Source: the human T2T-CHM13v2.0 reference genome, Homo sapiens
Direction: 5' to 3' (one strand)
Assembly: GCF_009914755.1 (NCBI RefSeq)
Contig: NC_060937.1
DNA length: 64,000 nucleotides
Shown: piece after piece, positions 39,621 to 55,882 of the stretch
Layout of the letters: the number at the start of each line of letters is the position of its first letter
Position numbering within the stretch: position 1 is the first letter of the stretch
The notes under the pieces: generated by a model
Seen by the model: only the letters and a program-made list of their open reading frames with translations
What the model was told of the DNA's origin: nothing
The model's database searches: none
Program-made: the position numbers and the translations under genes

Positions 39621-40884
39621 CTTTGCTTCTTTTTTTCATCATTGTGAAAGTCTTTCTTGGGTTCTGATAATTCCTTCAATGATTATTCTTGCAACTGAAT
39701 TTCAACATTGCCATGCTCAGATTTTTTTATTAGTACATTGATGGAACTAGAGCTGATGAAGTCTGCAGCTGCACTGCTCGGCCTGATGCCTGTCTGATTT
39801 GAACTGTTATCTGCTGTTCTGCTTCCTACTTGCAAGCAGGGCAATGGCTAAAATGAAATCTTCTATTGTGTTTAACATTCTGAAGGATTGTTAGTTATTT
39901 AGATATCTTACCCTTCCTTTGACAATTTATCCCCCCCACCCCAAGTCCCATTTCTAGAGGCTTAATTCCTGATTAATTCATATTTGCCATTGTAGATGGA
40001 GGCTGGGGGGAAAAGTGAATAGTACTTTTTGACACAAAGCCACTGAAAGAGAAATTTTCTTGTCTTGGTATGCATTCGGGTCAGTGATAAACCCCTAGAC
40101 TGCTAACTTTTTGTTTTGAATGCCTCTATGCAGTGCAATAAAGCCAAATGGTGTGGTTGGACAATCAATCCCGAACCTCTCCTCCTCCTTCAATTTCTGA
40201 GCGTTTATTTTCTATATTTTTATTCACTGGGCCAAATTCTCCTTTCAGTCTGGCAAGAGTTTACATGCTATAAATAGCTACCCTTGAATGAGTGGGAGTT
40301 TTCTAGGCTCTCATCAGAGAATCCAATTTTGGCTTGTCATTTAGCTCCTGTCGAAGCCTGGCTAAGACAACTGATATTTGAAAAATGCAGTTTACAGGTG
40401 TGCAGTTTCTCATCTATGTGTGCTAAGCTGTATTCAGATCACCAGAAACATCTAAATGTAGTGCTCATTAGCTTAGCCTTTCCCAGTAAAAACTCTTTCA
40501 TGAATCATGTTTTAGTATTGTCTTTATCTTTTTTTAAAAAAGTCCATTAATAGTAGAAACAGTGAAGTGAAGAATATTTTTGTAGCTTCTGTAAAAACTG
40601 CTTAAAGATACTGCCCATTATGTTGTTCAATGTTCCTTGTGCAAGAACTCATGCGATGAATTCCTTTAAAAATTTATTCAGGATAAAGTTTGTCTTTGTC
40701 AAAGAAGTGAAAATTTTGCTCTTTTCAGAGCAGGGACACCATACCCTTTATTGTTTCTCTTTCTGCATTCGCCATCAGGAAGCTCCGAATGAAAGTAAAT
40801 GTTGTATCATAAGAAGAGAGAATGAGAAATCACAGGCAGGTTCCAAGAGGAGTATACCAGTCAATCTTTCTTTGCCTTCTTTAT

Positions 40885-41990
40885 ATTTATCTGTTCATTT
40901 ATTGATTTAATGAACATTTATTAAAGGATAGCTGTGCTCCAAGCACTATCCCAAATGTTGGATAAAAGAGCATGGTCCTTCCCCTGGATGGGATTATAGC
41001 CTGAGAGGGGACAAAATAAATAGACATGTCTTCCAATGAGAGGAGTGCAACAATAGAGAAATACATGAGGTACTGCAGGGGGTTGAAGAAGGAAGCACCA
41101 AGTCCTGCCTGGAGACATCAGAGAAGGTGTCCTTGATGAATCATGTAGAATAAATCCTGAGTGGACAAAGTCAGAGTGGAGCACAGAAACCAAGGCATAT
41201 AGGGAGGAGAAGCAAAGTGGGGAGGGTTATAAAATGAAGCTGGAGAGAGGGCAAAACCTGAATGTTAAAGACCTCAGAGCCTTGCCTAGGAGTTTGTGAT
41301 TTATCCTCTGGGGAATAAGGGTTAATAAAAGTGTTTCAAGCATGATGGCGGCATGATCGGATTTTCAGTTTAGAAAGCCTTCTGGCCACCTAGAGGAAGA
41401 CAATTTGGGAAGGGGCCAGGAAAGAACCAGAGCATCCCAGTGGGAGGCTAGTGGAAAAGTACAGGAGTGACTACACTAAGGCTGGGGCATGGGAGGGAAG
41501 AGAAGTGAAGTAGAGAGAGGAATGGAATCAGAATTAATAAGATTTGGCATCCAATTAATGTTGGACATGAGAGGAGGGAGTGAAAAGGGTTACAACCCAA
41601 GTTTCTGACTTAGAAGGTTGGATCATGATGAAAGGAGAGAATATGGAAAGAGAAACAGATGCGACTGTGTGGATTGAGAGATGACGCATTAAATTTTGGT
41701 TGTGTGGAGATGAGGTGCCTGAGAAATAGGTGATGGAAGATGCTTTGCAAGCAGCTAGATGTAAGGGTCTGGACCTCAGGGGAGAAATCAGAACTGAAGC
41801 TATAGATCTGGGAGTCATTTCTGCATGGGTGGAGGTGAATCCCTTGAGAAGAGTAGGAAGTGGGAGTAAAGAACAGGGCTGAGGATATGGAGGTGACACT
41901 CTTTAAGGGATGGGCAGAAATACAGGGGACCTTCAGAGATCCTCAGGAGGCACAGGTAGAGAGGACCAGAGAGACCCAGGAAAAATGGTG
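40885..41990 (-). mobile_element. L2 fragment
   Basis: GAACATTTATTAA...GTGCTCCAAGCACT...GGAGTTTGTGATTTATCCT...GAAGCTATAGATCTGGGAGTCAT. Confidence 0.7.
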
Positions 41991-42029
41991 TTGGCCTGAT
42001 CATCCTAATGCCTTTGTGGAGAGTCTATG

Positions 42030-42810
42030 AGATTAACCCATAGGCGTCTCAAACTCAATATGTTGAAGGCTGAGCTCAACATATTGAGTTTGAGAATAGT
42101 CTGTGGTAGACAGGAAGGGATGATTTAGGTGGATGATCTTATTCTTCCCCACGTTACCTTCTGATCTCCCTTTGAAGTGGAAATCCACCCATATTCCAAT
42201 TCAGACACCAAGGGACCACCTTTGAGTCCTCATAAGCAGCCACCAAGACTTACAAGGACGATCCAATTTCTTATTAAGCCCTGCCCTTTTTTTCCATACC
42301 ACTTTGGGCATGAGTTTTGGCGGTAGCCCGCAAGGAAACTTGACTCCTGTTTTGCTCTCAAAATCAAATTTACTCATATCACCTCCATGCTAAAAATCAT
42401 CCAGTAAATTCCTATTTCCTGCCAGACAAAGTCCAAAGCCTTAGCGTGATATACAAAGCTATTTAAACAGTATAGTGTCAGGCAGCCATTTTGAGCCAGC
42501 CATTTTGGTATCATTGTTTTGCAAAGTATAAAGAAAACAATGTCACCCTTTCCTCATTCCTCAGCTTCACTCCATTGCTGAGCCTTCCTCCATTCCTTCT
42601 GCTTAACCTTTTTCAGGCTAGGGATTACAATGAGACTCCACCAATCAAAGGTCAGGGGCAGAAAACAACACAGTGTTTTGTTGAATTGTGAAGTCTACTA
42701 CCACAGATGTCTCTTTGGCTAATTTCCTGGCGCTGAACTTGTGTATTTTTTCTTTCATTTCCAGGCATTCACACATGCTATTTCTTTTGCCTGGGATGAT
42801 TTCCCGTTCT
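42030..42810 (+). mobile_element. L2 fragment carrying a templated insertion at ~42076-42133
   Basis: TAGGCGTCTCAAACTCAATATGT resembles L2 TAGGCATCTCAAACTCAACATGT. Later ATCACCTCCATGCTAAAAATCATCCAG...AAAGTCCAAAGCCTTAGCGTG. Confidence 0.6.
42047..42095. repeat. Perfect 20-bp inverted repeat with a 9-nt spacer
   Basis: TCTCAAACTCAATATGTTGA (42047-42066), AGGCTGAGC, then TCAACATATTGAGTTTGAGA (42076-42095). Confidence 0.97.
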
Positions 42811-43542
42811 TCATTTTTGATAGGTTTATACAAGAAATAACATAAATGTAGTGAATTCTGAACAATGCTAACATTTTTTTCAGGTTATAGTTAGCCTAGA
42901 TGTTGTTTTCCTCCTCTGCCCCCTACTATCCAAGCCAGCATTTATAAAATGCTTCCCATTGTCACAATGCAGTTCAAAGAGACAGATTAGAACAAAGAAA
43001 GAAAAGTCACTTCTGAATGACTATTAGAGGCAGCCACTATTTGTAGAGAGAGTGCACTTTAGAGGAAACCAAATCTCCTCAGAAATAAGTTTGATGACTT
43101 AAAGATAAATTTTGAACAGTTGTTGACTGAGAAACTAAAAATTCCCTATCATTTGAATGAAAGCCCTGATATAAGAAAGCATCCTTTGCAGAGCACAGTG
43201 GCATCAGAGGTAGAATTTTGTAAAGCAAAGAAGAAGATCAGCAAATAAAGTAGATTCAGGACAAAGAAAGAAAAAGAATTTGCACGGTATCTGTAAAGGA
43301 ACATTTCTTTTGTTTTTTTTTTTTGTTTTTTTTTTTAATTATACTTTAAGGTTTAGGGTACATGTGCACATTGTGCAGGTTAGTTACATATGTATACATG
43401 TGCCATGCTGGTGCGCTGCACCCACTAACTCGTCATCTAGCATTAGGTATATCTCCCAATGCTATCCCTCCCCCCTCCCCCCTCCCCACCACAGTCCCCA
43501 GAGTGTGATATTCCCCTTCCTGTGTCCATGCGATCTCACTGT

Positions 43543-47393
<3,851 letters not shown>

Positions 47394-47432
47394 TCATTAG
47401 TTGATGCGGTTTCTTCCTAGTCTCGATGGTCT

Positions 47433-47959
47433 TTACATTTTGGCATGATTTTGCAGCGGCTGGTACCGGTTGTTCCTTTCCACGTTTAGTGCTTCCTTCA
47501 GGAGCTCTTTTAGGGCAGGCCTGGTGGTGACAAAATCGGTCAGCATTTGCTTGTCTGTAAAGTATTTTATTTCTCCTTCACTTATGAAGCTTAGTTTGGC
47601 TGGATATGAAATTCTGGGTTGAAAATTCTTTTCTTTAAGAATGTTGAATATTGGCCCCCACTCTCTTCTGGCTTGTAGGGTTTCTGCCGAGAGATCCGCT
47701 GTTAGTCTGATGGGCTTCCCTTTGAGGGTAACCCGACCTTTCTCTCTGGCTGCCCTTAACATTTTTTCCTTCATTTCAACTTTGGTGAATCTGACAATTA
47801 TGTGTCTTGGAGTTGCTCTTCTCGAGGAGTATCTTTGTGGCGTTCTCTGTATTTCCTGAATCTGAATGTTGGCCTGCCTTGCTAGATTGGGGAAGTTCTC
47901 CTGGATAATATCCTGCAGAGTGTTTTCCAACTTGATTCCATTCTCCGTATCACTTTCAG
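47433..47959 (-). pseudogene. L1 ORF1p C-terminal half (5'-truncated)
   Basis: ENTLQDIIQENFPNLARQ...RATPRHIIVRF...ARREWGPIF...YPAKLS...NHAKM*, followed by the 63-bp inter-ORF spacer at 47370-47432. Confidence 0.95.
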
Positions 47960-48893
47960 GTAAAGGAACATTTCTTTTAGTAACACCTGGGTAAAAGTTT
48001 CGCCAATTCAGAGGTGAGGAAGAATGAGTATTTTACTGTATGTTTTCATGCCTAAGTGAACTGTTTAATAGTCTATATGCAGTCAATTCCAAAATAAGAA
48101 TGAATTTAGTCACTCTCAGCAGGGGAAACAAAAATTATAAACCTAAAACCCTTGTCTAAAATTAAAAGCAATTCTAAGTCATAATGGCATAATGGTGTTT
48201 GACAAGCCCAGGAAGAAAAGGAATTCTGTATGTCAAGTGCTTTGAATTTTGAAAGTGCTTTGTTGATGAGATAAGGATATTTATATTCTGTGGCCACAGC
48301 AACAGAGCCTGAAAGTGCACAGTTAAGAGAACAGACAGGAGGGGGAATGGCAGTATCTAAATTTAAATTTACACAGACTTTGTCTGTTATTAAGTTTATT
48401 GGAAAAGAGCTGGAAGCTTCTGGACAGACTCAGTAGCTATAATTTTTTTTTGTGGAGATATTCATTTAATGTTAACTACAGTATTGCTGTTTAATATTCA
48501 TAGACTGTAACCTTCTACTGCCACATGTACAAAACATTCCATTATTTACTTAAAGCATGTTTGTTTTGTAGAACATGGAATTTGTTTACTTAATTTGTAA
48601 AGAAGGTAACAACCCTGCTATATAAAAATAGTTCTCACATTAGTTGGAAAATCCTGCTATTTCTGGACTTTTTTTTCTTTGCAGGTTGCAAATAAACACA
48701 TCTTTAGCAGATTCAAATCTAAACACAACATGAGGATTGGTTTCTGTGACATGATAACTTTAATTTGTTGTGCACTTACTGTGTGCCAGCAACTATTGTG
48801 CATGATACCTGCCATTTCCTAATCCCCCTCCACGAGTCAGAGTTCAGCTGGGGAAACAGACATTGTGACTGGTTTGGGTGGAGGGGTTTATTA

Positions 48894-49070
48894 AGCGGTA
48901 CACTGGAGCTGGCTTGCATGGGTTACTAACACTCATGGGCCTTTTTTTCCTAACTCTGTGTTCAGGGATTTAATGTTGGTGAGCTTGAAAGCAGGGAGTA
49001 TTTATACCACAAAATCAGTAAAGGCTACAAATCAGGCTTTCTCTGGAGAGCACGTTTATTACATGTCCCT
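48894..49070. mobile_element. hAT DNA transposon remnant (MER63-like)
   Basis: GGGAGTATTTATACCACAAAATCAGTAAAGGCTACAAATCAGGCTTT...GGAGAGC. Confidence 0.55.
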
Positions 49071-50023
49071 GCAAGGAGCCAGGAAAGTGAAAGTCTGGAA
49101 GAGGATGTTGGAGGGTCAGAGATCCCATTAGTTCTTCTGAAGCACTGGTTCAGGTGGGCAATGCAGAGCTTGCAGAGAAATCAGAAAAGACAAACTCATC
49201 CACTTGCTAAACATGCATTGCAAAAGGGAAGTTCTTCGAGAGGACCACGGGAAGCGGCTGCCCTCTGGGTGTGCAGCCAGGCATCTGGTGGTGGGCTTGG
49301 TCAGCAGTGTCAGCAGTCAGGAAGACAAACTAGAAATGGAGCGGAGGAAAGTCAGTGTCAGCTGGGATCCTGCAGACTCTGTCACTCCATCACCATTATC
49401 TGACTGCCCTTCCCCTCTCAACTGCTTCATTTCTGCCTCCCAAATTTTATGCAGATTCTTTTTTTGGCCAATCCTATATTGAATCATATAGGAAATAGGT
49501 GTCTGAAAAACATAGATCTCAGCCTAATCAAGTTGACATACCACAATCCAATACATGTCCCAATAGTGCAATAAAACAGATATTACTTCCCCATTTTTCA
49601 GAAAAGAAGCCTAAAATCTAGCAAGGTAACTTGTTTGAAGATACACAATACTTCACTAAGTCTATTTGAGTCCAGAACTTGTCTTCCCTTAACTACTACA
49701 GAATACTGGGAGTCTTGCTGATTTTTTTTTTTTTCAAATCATGACTCAAATAAAATAATCCCATTCCAGAAGTGCTTTAGGTAAGCAATTGAGATGGATG
49801 AACCCATTTGACAATTATAGTCAACATTCTAGCGCACTGAATGGTCAGATCAAGTGAGCATTTTTGCAAATTTATCTTAAGTAGGTTTAGTTCAGTCTAT
49901 GTATGCTATGATTTACCCTTAACTTCTGAGGTACAAAGAGAAATGACAGGATAGGATTTTTGCCCACAAGGAGCACATAGTCTGTTTGGAAAAACAGACA
50001 TATAAATACTTTTGGTACCAGAT

Positions 50024-50168
50024 CTTTTTAATTTTTTAATTTTTATTCTTTAGAGATAGGGGTCTCACTATGTTATCTAGGCTGGTCTTGAACTCCTGGC
50101 CACAAGTGATCTTCCAACCTCAGCCTCCCAAAGTGCTGGGATTATAGGCACATGCCACCCTGCCTGGC
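50024..50168 (-). mobile_element. Alu monomer (FLAM_C-like)
   Basis: T-rich tail then AGAGATAGGGGTCTCACTATGTT...CCTCCCAAAGTGCTGGGATTATAGGC...CCTGGCC; single arm. Confidence 0.88.
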
Positions 50169-50399
50169 CCCAGGCCCAGACCCTAGAATGTGCCTTTCCA
50201 GGTTTGCTCAGCTCTACCTGCCTGCCAGGCCTGGGATGGTTGATCCCTGGAGGCCCTGCCCTCTGCAGCCACAGTCCGACTCCTATCACCACTATCTGGG
50301 CTTCAGCATGGGCTCTGTATTGTCTGCTGAAGTGGGGGAGCTCAGGGCTTCTTGGTTCAGATCTGACTTGATTGAGCTCCAGGTGTGGGCAGGGAAGCT

Positions 50400-50852
50400 G
50401 TGAATTCCCCACTACTTCTGATTCTCAGAGGAAGCATCACATTGTTGGCTGTGGATCTGGTTTCTCCAGCAGCTTCCAGGAAGGCCTGACTATCATAACT
50501 CAGAAGTGGTTCTGGAAGTTGACACTTGGTGACCTTTGATCAATGATAAACAGGAGTGGAGGAGGCTGGCAGATAAATAAATCATGCCTTCCTGTCTACC
50601 ACAGACTATTCTGAGGTGCAGTGGTACCACAGAGCTGTCTGGAAGTGGGGGTCAAGTGATTGAACAACTGTGTTTTCTAGGAAGATGTAGCCAGTTGAGT
50701 AAATTACCACTTTGTTTATGTCTGCCTCCTTCCCTACACCTCACTTTCCTTCTCCCTTCATTGTTGCAACAGTGGGATTTTGCCTCCTCTAAAGCCTTGG
50801 ACTCTAATCTTTGCTTCAGGCTCTGGTCTCTAGGGAACCCGGGCAAAGATAA
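50400..50852 (+). mobile_element. ERVL LTR (LTR16-like)
   Basis: GGAGGCTGGCAGATAAAT...ATTCTGAGGTGCA...AATCTTTGCTTCAGGCTCTGGTCTCTAGGGAACCCGGGCAAAGA resembles the LTR16 3' end. Confidence 0.6.
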
Positions 50853-52639
50853 TTACCTAAAAGTAAATGAATGCTAAATAAATGCTAACAGTGGCATGTA
50901 TAAAATACTATTGGGGATGGTTGCTAAAAAGTGTAGTTCTTTACTTCTATTTTGATGCTTGGCTTATGTTTCATTGTTTAAAGCCCAAGCCTTTGATATT
51001 TAGCTCATTAACTAAATTCTTAAATTAATCCTTAAGTGTTCACATGCCATGACATGACTATATATTCTGTCAGTTAATATGTTTTCATTTTAAAAGAGAT
51101 TTCATTAAGCCAAAGGAATGAGTAGTACATGAATTTCATATTGTGCAGTGTGGAATTCATAGGGAGGAGGGGTGCTCAAATCATAGCCCATTGTTGCTTA
51201 TCTAATTCATACCAATATGACAATCTTATGGGTCAGACTTGCACAGTAGACATGACTGTATACTGTAACACTTGTTAAAAATTACAGGAATTACCAATAT
51301 TGGGATGTAAACAACTATACATTTTATTTGATGGAGCTAGTGGGTGCTTTCTTGAGAAAAAATATGCAGCTATTCTACATGGCTAGGAAAAGACAAACAA
51401 AAAACCTCACGTTATCCACAAGATCTGTAGTCTCGTTGTCTAGTTCTCATCATTAAGGCACACTACAATTAGCAGAATATGGAAATATAATAGATACTTT
51501 GCATTAATGATTAACATATTAGGGAAGTTTAAAAAGTATATTTCAAAACTCAGGGATAACATGCATGTGTTCATATTTTTAAATGAGTTTGTCTGGCAAC
51601 TGCAGAATGGGCAAATTAGCTTCCTTTATTATAAGAGAAGAACTCTCCCAAATTAACTTTGGAGACTAAATCCCAAACTGCAAATAATTGAAAATAAAGG
51701 TTAAAAATGAATACGCTGATACAGCATTCTCTTAGAACAGAAAGCATCATCACTATACAATTATAGCTGGGTTTACCAAGTAGAAGATTAAAAGAGAAAC
51801 TGCCAATTACAACATTCTAGTCACAAAGATTTTCAGCAGAACTTTGTGGTAAAAATTAGGACAATGGTAAAATGGTATATTTAACCTGAATCATCCGAGA
51901 GTCTTCACAATAATCAGAAATTTTTTTTCTATCAAGATTTTACCTTTTCTTTTCTTGGTTAGAGACAGAATCATCTCGATGGAAAATTAGCAGTCACAGA
52001 GCAATGTTCAATTTCAGTAAATTATGGCACAATTCTGGTTCTGTATGTTATGAGGAGCCTTTAATGCCATTGCTGCAGGACAATCAGAGATTTTTTTCCA
52101 GTTCTCGGTGCTTGAATTGCAAAGGAGAATATTAATAAGATAAAATCCTAGGATGGAGAAATCTTTCAACTCTGAAACTCTATGCCTGGAAGAATCATAA
52201 GATAGCATTTTCTCATAAAGTGCCTTTGCTTAAGAAGATCCACAATCCTGATTATTATTCAAACCTAATTTCATCTCACAAAACTTAAGTAAAGGACAAT
52301 CTTCAAGTTCTGAGGATTATAAAAGATGACAGCGTATGGACTTTTGATAAAAAGTGTACCAGGGGCAATAGCTGTCCACCAAAAGACGGCTCAGAGAGGG
52401 TGTCAGTCAGAATAACAGGGAGGCAAGTGGGAGCAAATCATCATGTCAGACTCGCGGGCGAGAGAGCCATTACTCCTTAAATGCTGGGCAGTTAGCAAAT
52501 GTTGCTGTACTGTGTAGATGACATTATAATATTCTTGGTTAGTTATTTATCTATAGTTTTCATTTAACATTTATGTACTTGAAAAGGCAACCCAAATTAC
52601 ACATTGTCCTGGTTAGGGTTTGGAAACATAGTATAAGGT

Positions 52640-52990
52640 TCATTTCTTTCCTTCAACAAATATTTATTGAGGGCCTGCTATTTACTAGGCACTATGCTAG
52701 ATTCTGCGGCTGTAAAAATGATTGGGTCCTGATCCCTGTTCTTTAGTAGTTTATTGTCCAGTGGGATATTAAAGTTGGAGGTGTAGTTAGAGATCATTTA
52801 ATATTATAGCTTAAGACTCTTGGGCCCAGAGAGAGCTAGGGACATGTTAAAGGTGACTTGACTTGTTGGAGACAGAGCTGAGATGATTCAGGTCCTCTGA
52901 TTTCCAAAACAGAGCTCTTGAGAATTCATTGCTCATTCATTTATTTACTCATTCAACACACACCTATTGAGTGCCTACTCTGGGCCTTTC
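52640..52990 (-). mobile_element. L2 3' ends and a MIR fragment
   Basis: TTCAACAAATATTTATTGAGGGCCTGCTATTTACTAGGCACTATGCTAG; CATTCAACACACACCTATTGAGTGCCTACT. Confidence 0.7.
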
Positions 52991-53782
52991 ACCTCCTTCT
53001 CTCTTGGGGGTTACACTTCCGCAGGGAAACTAAGCATCAAAATGGTGAAGAAAATACAAATTCCTTAAGCCATAACTCAGATCTATAAATGTTGTCACTT
53101 AATTTTTTAATAAGTAAATTTAAACAGTATTGCAAACATCCTCTTGCTGATGGCAGATCATTTAACGTGATCAATTCCAGGTGAATCATGTTCATACCAT
53201 TTTTTCACTCTTTCCTTCTTCATCAGGGTTGGTTTTCAGTCCCCCCTGGAACTTATGGATTGTTGAGGAGACCCGTCTGGTTCTAGGTCATCATCTGCCA
53301 GTGCTGGCAATATCTGCTGAAATGTCTGATTTCCCTTATCCCTGACACTTGTCATTGATGCCCGTTGGCATTTGCTGATACCCATGGACCCCCTCTGGTC
53401 TATGTTACCTGGGTTCCTGCCACAAAGCCCCTGGTTTGGGATTCCAGGCTTCTCAGGTCCACTCCTCAGACACTCTCTCTCTTCTTTACAGAAAGAAAAA
53501 GGTTTTTTTCAAAAAATTTTTTTTTATTTTAAATTTCATCTTAGAATGGAAAATTCACTTGCCTTCTTCCAAATTTGTTGTTTAGGTATAAGTATTATGC
53601 CTTTAAGTTATTCAAGGCTTTGTCTTTTGATAGTCAAATGCTAGGATTTTTAGACTGCAACTCTAATTCCCTTAAGCCATTGTCATAGAGATAAGTATCG
53701 AACTGCTTTGAAACTCAAAAAATAGTTGACACATTTTTCTTTCAACAACCTAACCTGAGGGCAGTGGTAAGGGGTAGGGTTC

Positions 53783-54367
53783 TGTGTTAGTGATTGCTCA
53801 AAGCAGTAATACTCATTTATTATGCCTCATTGTTTCCGTGGGTCAGGCATTCAGATGAGGCACAGTGAAGACAAGTTATCTCTGCTCCACCATATCTGGG
53901 GCCTCAGCTGGAAATCATCAAAGATGATGGGCTGGAATCATCTTAAAGCTTGGAAATGTGGTTTCTGGAGGTTGCTGTTGGCTGGGGGCCTAGCCAGGCG
54001 GTCAGCTGAAAGATTCTCACATGGCCACTCCATCTATGTGCTGTGGGCTTCTCCACAACATGATGGCTGAGTTCCAAGAGAAAAATTAACAGAGAGAGGA
54101 GAGAGAGAGAAGAGAGAGGGGGAAGAAAGAGAGAAAAGAGACAGAGAGAGAGAACCAGATGGAAGCCATATTGCCCTTTATGAGAGACCCCATCAATCAC
54201 CCAACATTCTTTTGTCAGTTAAGGCAATTGCAAAGATCCACTGGTGTGTTCAAGGGGAGGGAATATTAACCCTGTGTCTGGATGGGGAGTTTTGGTCATG
54301 TCACTTTGTGAGCATATGAAATAGTGTATATTGGTGTGGCCGTCTTTGGAAAATATAATCTGCCAAA
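53783..54367 (-). mobile_element. MaLR LTR (MLT1F-like)
   Basis: CTCTGCTCCACCATATCTGGGGCCTCAGCTGG...GGGCTTCTCCACAACATGATGGCTG...GTGGCCGTCTTTGGAAAATATAATCTGCC. Confidence 0.75.
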
Positions 54368-54591
54368 GGGATTTGGCAAGAAATATATATCTCATAATAT
54401 TATTTTGCCACATAAGTGACTGCAACTGATAATCATCATCCATGTGTGCAGATGTGGCCCCGAAGAAGTAAAATGTACATTGATGGAGAATCAAGCTCTC
54501 CCTTTCTCTTTCTCCTTGTGTCTTTAATCTCTCTTTTTGGGGGTAAAAGACACTTTTCAGTTATTTGTGTCCCACAAAGGAACTGCAGGTC

Positions 54592-55301
54592 TGCAGTGGA
54601 CCTGTATCTGCATGGGTCTGCAGCAACTTCAATTCTTGCCTCCTCAGAAGAAAGAATTCAGCTGAGGGGCATAAGGCAGAAGGAGAGACCAAGGCAAGTT
54701 TTAGAGCAGCAGTGAAAGTTTATTAAAAAGTTTAGAGCAGGAATGTAAGGAAGTAAAGTACACTTGGAAGAGGGCCTAGCCGGTGACTTGAGATATCAAA
54801 TGCCCTGTTTGACCTTTGACTTGGGGTTTTATATGGTGGCCTGCTTCTGGGGTCTTGTATTACTTCTCCCCTGATTCTTCCCTTGGGGTGGGCTGTCCGC
54901 ATGCACAGTGGCCTGCTAGCACTTGGGAGGGGAGCATGCACAGTGTGTTTACTGGAGTTGTACACATGCTTGCTTGAGGTGTTCTTCCCTTACCAGTTGA
55001 ATGCCCCTAGGAGGTCATATACCAGTTAACCTCTGCCATTTTGCCTCTTAATGTGCATGCTTGAGCCCACTCTCCCAACTCCTGAAATCTTATCTGGAAG
55101 CTGCAGATCACATTTCAGTTCTTTTCTATCTATTGGGAGACTGCGTTTCCCTGGTGCAGGCTGTGACCAATTATTATTTTAGAAAGACAGTTAGCCACCT
55201 GACCATCACCTGATGGTTGCTTGAGATTCCTGGCGTGTGTGTGTGTGGCGGGGGAGCCCTCCCCTGCTCTGTTCATATCTGACTAGTTACCTACTATAAC
55301 C
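54592..55301 (-). mobile_element. ERV1 solo LTR (MER50-like)
   Basis: 4-bp TSD GGTC (54588-54591 and 55302-55305). Reverse complement begins GTTATAGTAGGTAACTAGTCAGATATGAACAG...ACCATCAGGTGATGGTCAGG. Confidence 0.85.
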
Positions 55302-55369
55302 GGTCTGCCCTAGCACATTTACAAAATAGCTAGGCTTTTTCTCCCTAGCCACTCCTTTTGTTTGTTGCC

Positions 55370-55882
55370 TGTGATGACTAATTTTATGTGTTAACTTGAC
55401 TGGGCTAAGGGATGCCCATGTAGCTGGTAAAATATTATTTCTGGGTGTGCCTGTGAGGGTGTATCTGGAAGAGATTAGCATTTGAATGGGTAGACTGAGT
55501 AGAGAAGATCATACAGTCCATTGAGGTCAGGCATCATCCCAGTGTGGGCAGGACCTTACCAATGTGTGCAGGTATCATTCAACCCAGGGAGGGCCTGGAT
55601 AGAACAGAAAGGAAGAGGAAGGGCACATTCTCTCTCTCTTCCTGAGCTGGGACATCCATCTTCTCCTGCTGTCAGATATCAGCAGCACTCTTGGTTCTCA
55701 GGCCTTTGGACTCAGATTGAATTTCACGACTGACTTTTCTGGTTCTCCAGCTTTCAGATGGCAGACGGTGGAACTTCCTGGCCTCCACAACCATGTGAGC
55801 TAATTTCTATAATGAATCTCCTCCTCATATGTCTCTATATAGCCTATTGATTTTGTTTCTCTGGAGAACCCTGACTAATATA
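55370..55882 (+). mobile_element. ERVL solo LTR (MLT2B-like)
   Basis: TGTGATGACTAATTTTATGTGTTAACTTGACTGGGCTAAGGGATGCCC...TCTCTGGAGAACCCTGACTAATA. 5-bp TSD TTGCC (55365-55369 and 55883-55887). Confidence 0.92.

Noticed and set aside
42960-43292. Purine-rich stretch that looks like a decayed coding retrocopy (one frame gives IRKHPLQST, faintly eIF4E-like)
   Set aside because: Frequent stops and only a 5-residue resemblance. It cannot be supported without BLASTX/TBLASTN.
43466-43487. G-quadruplex-forming tract on the - strand
   Set aside because: Real, but it is the well-known G-rich tract of the L1 3' UTR, so not novel.
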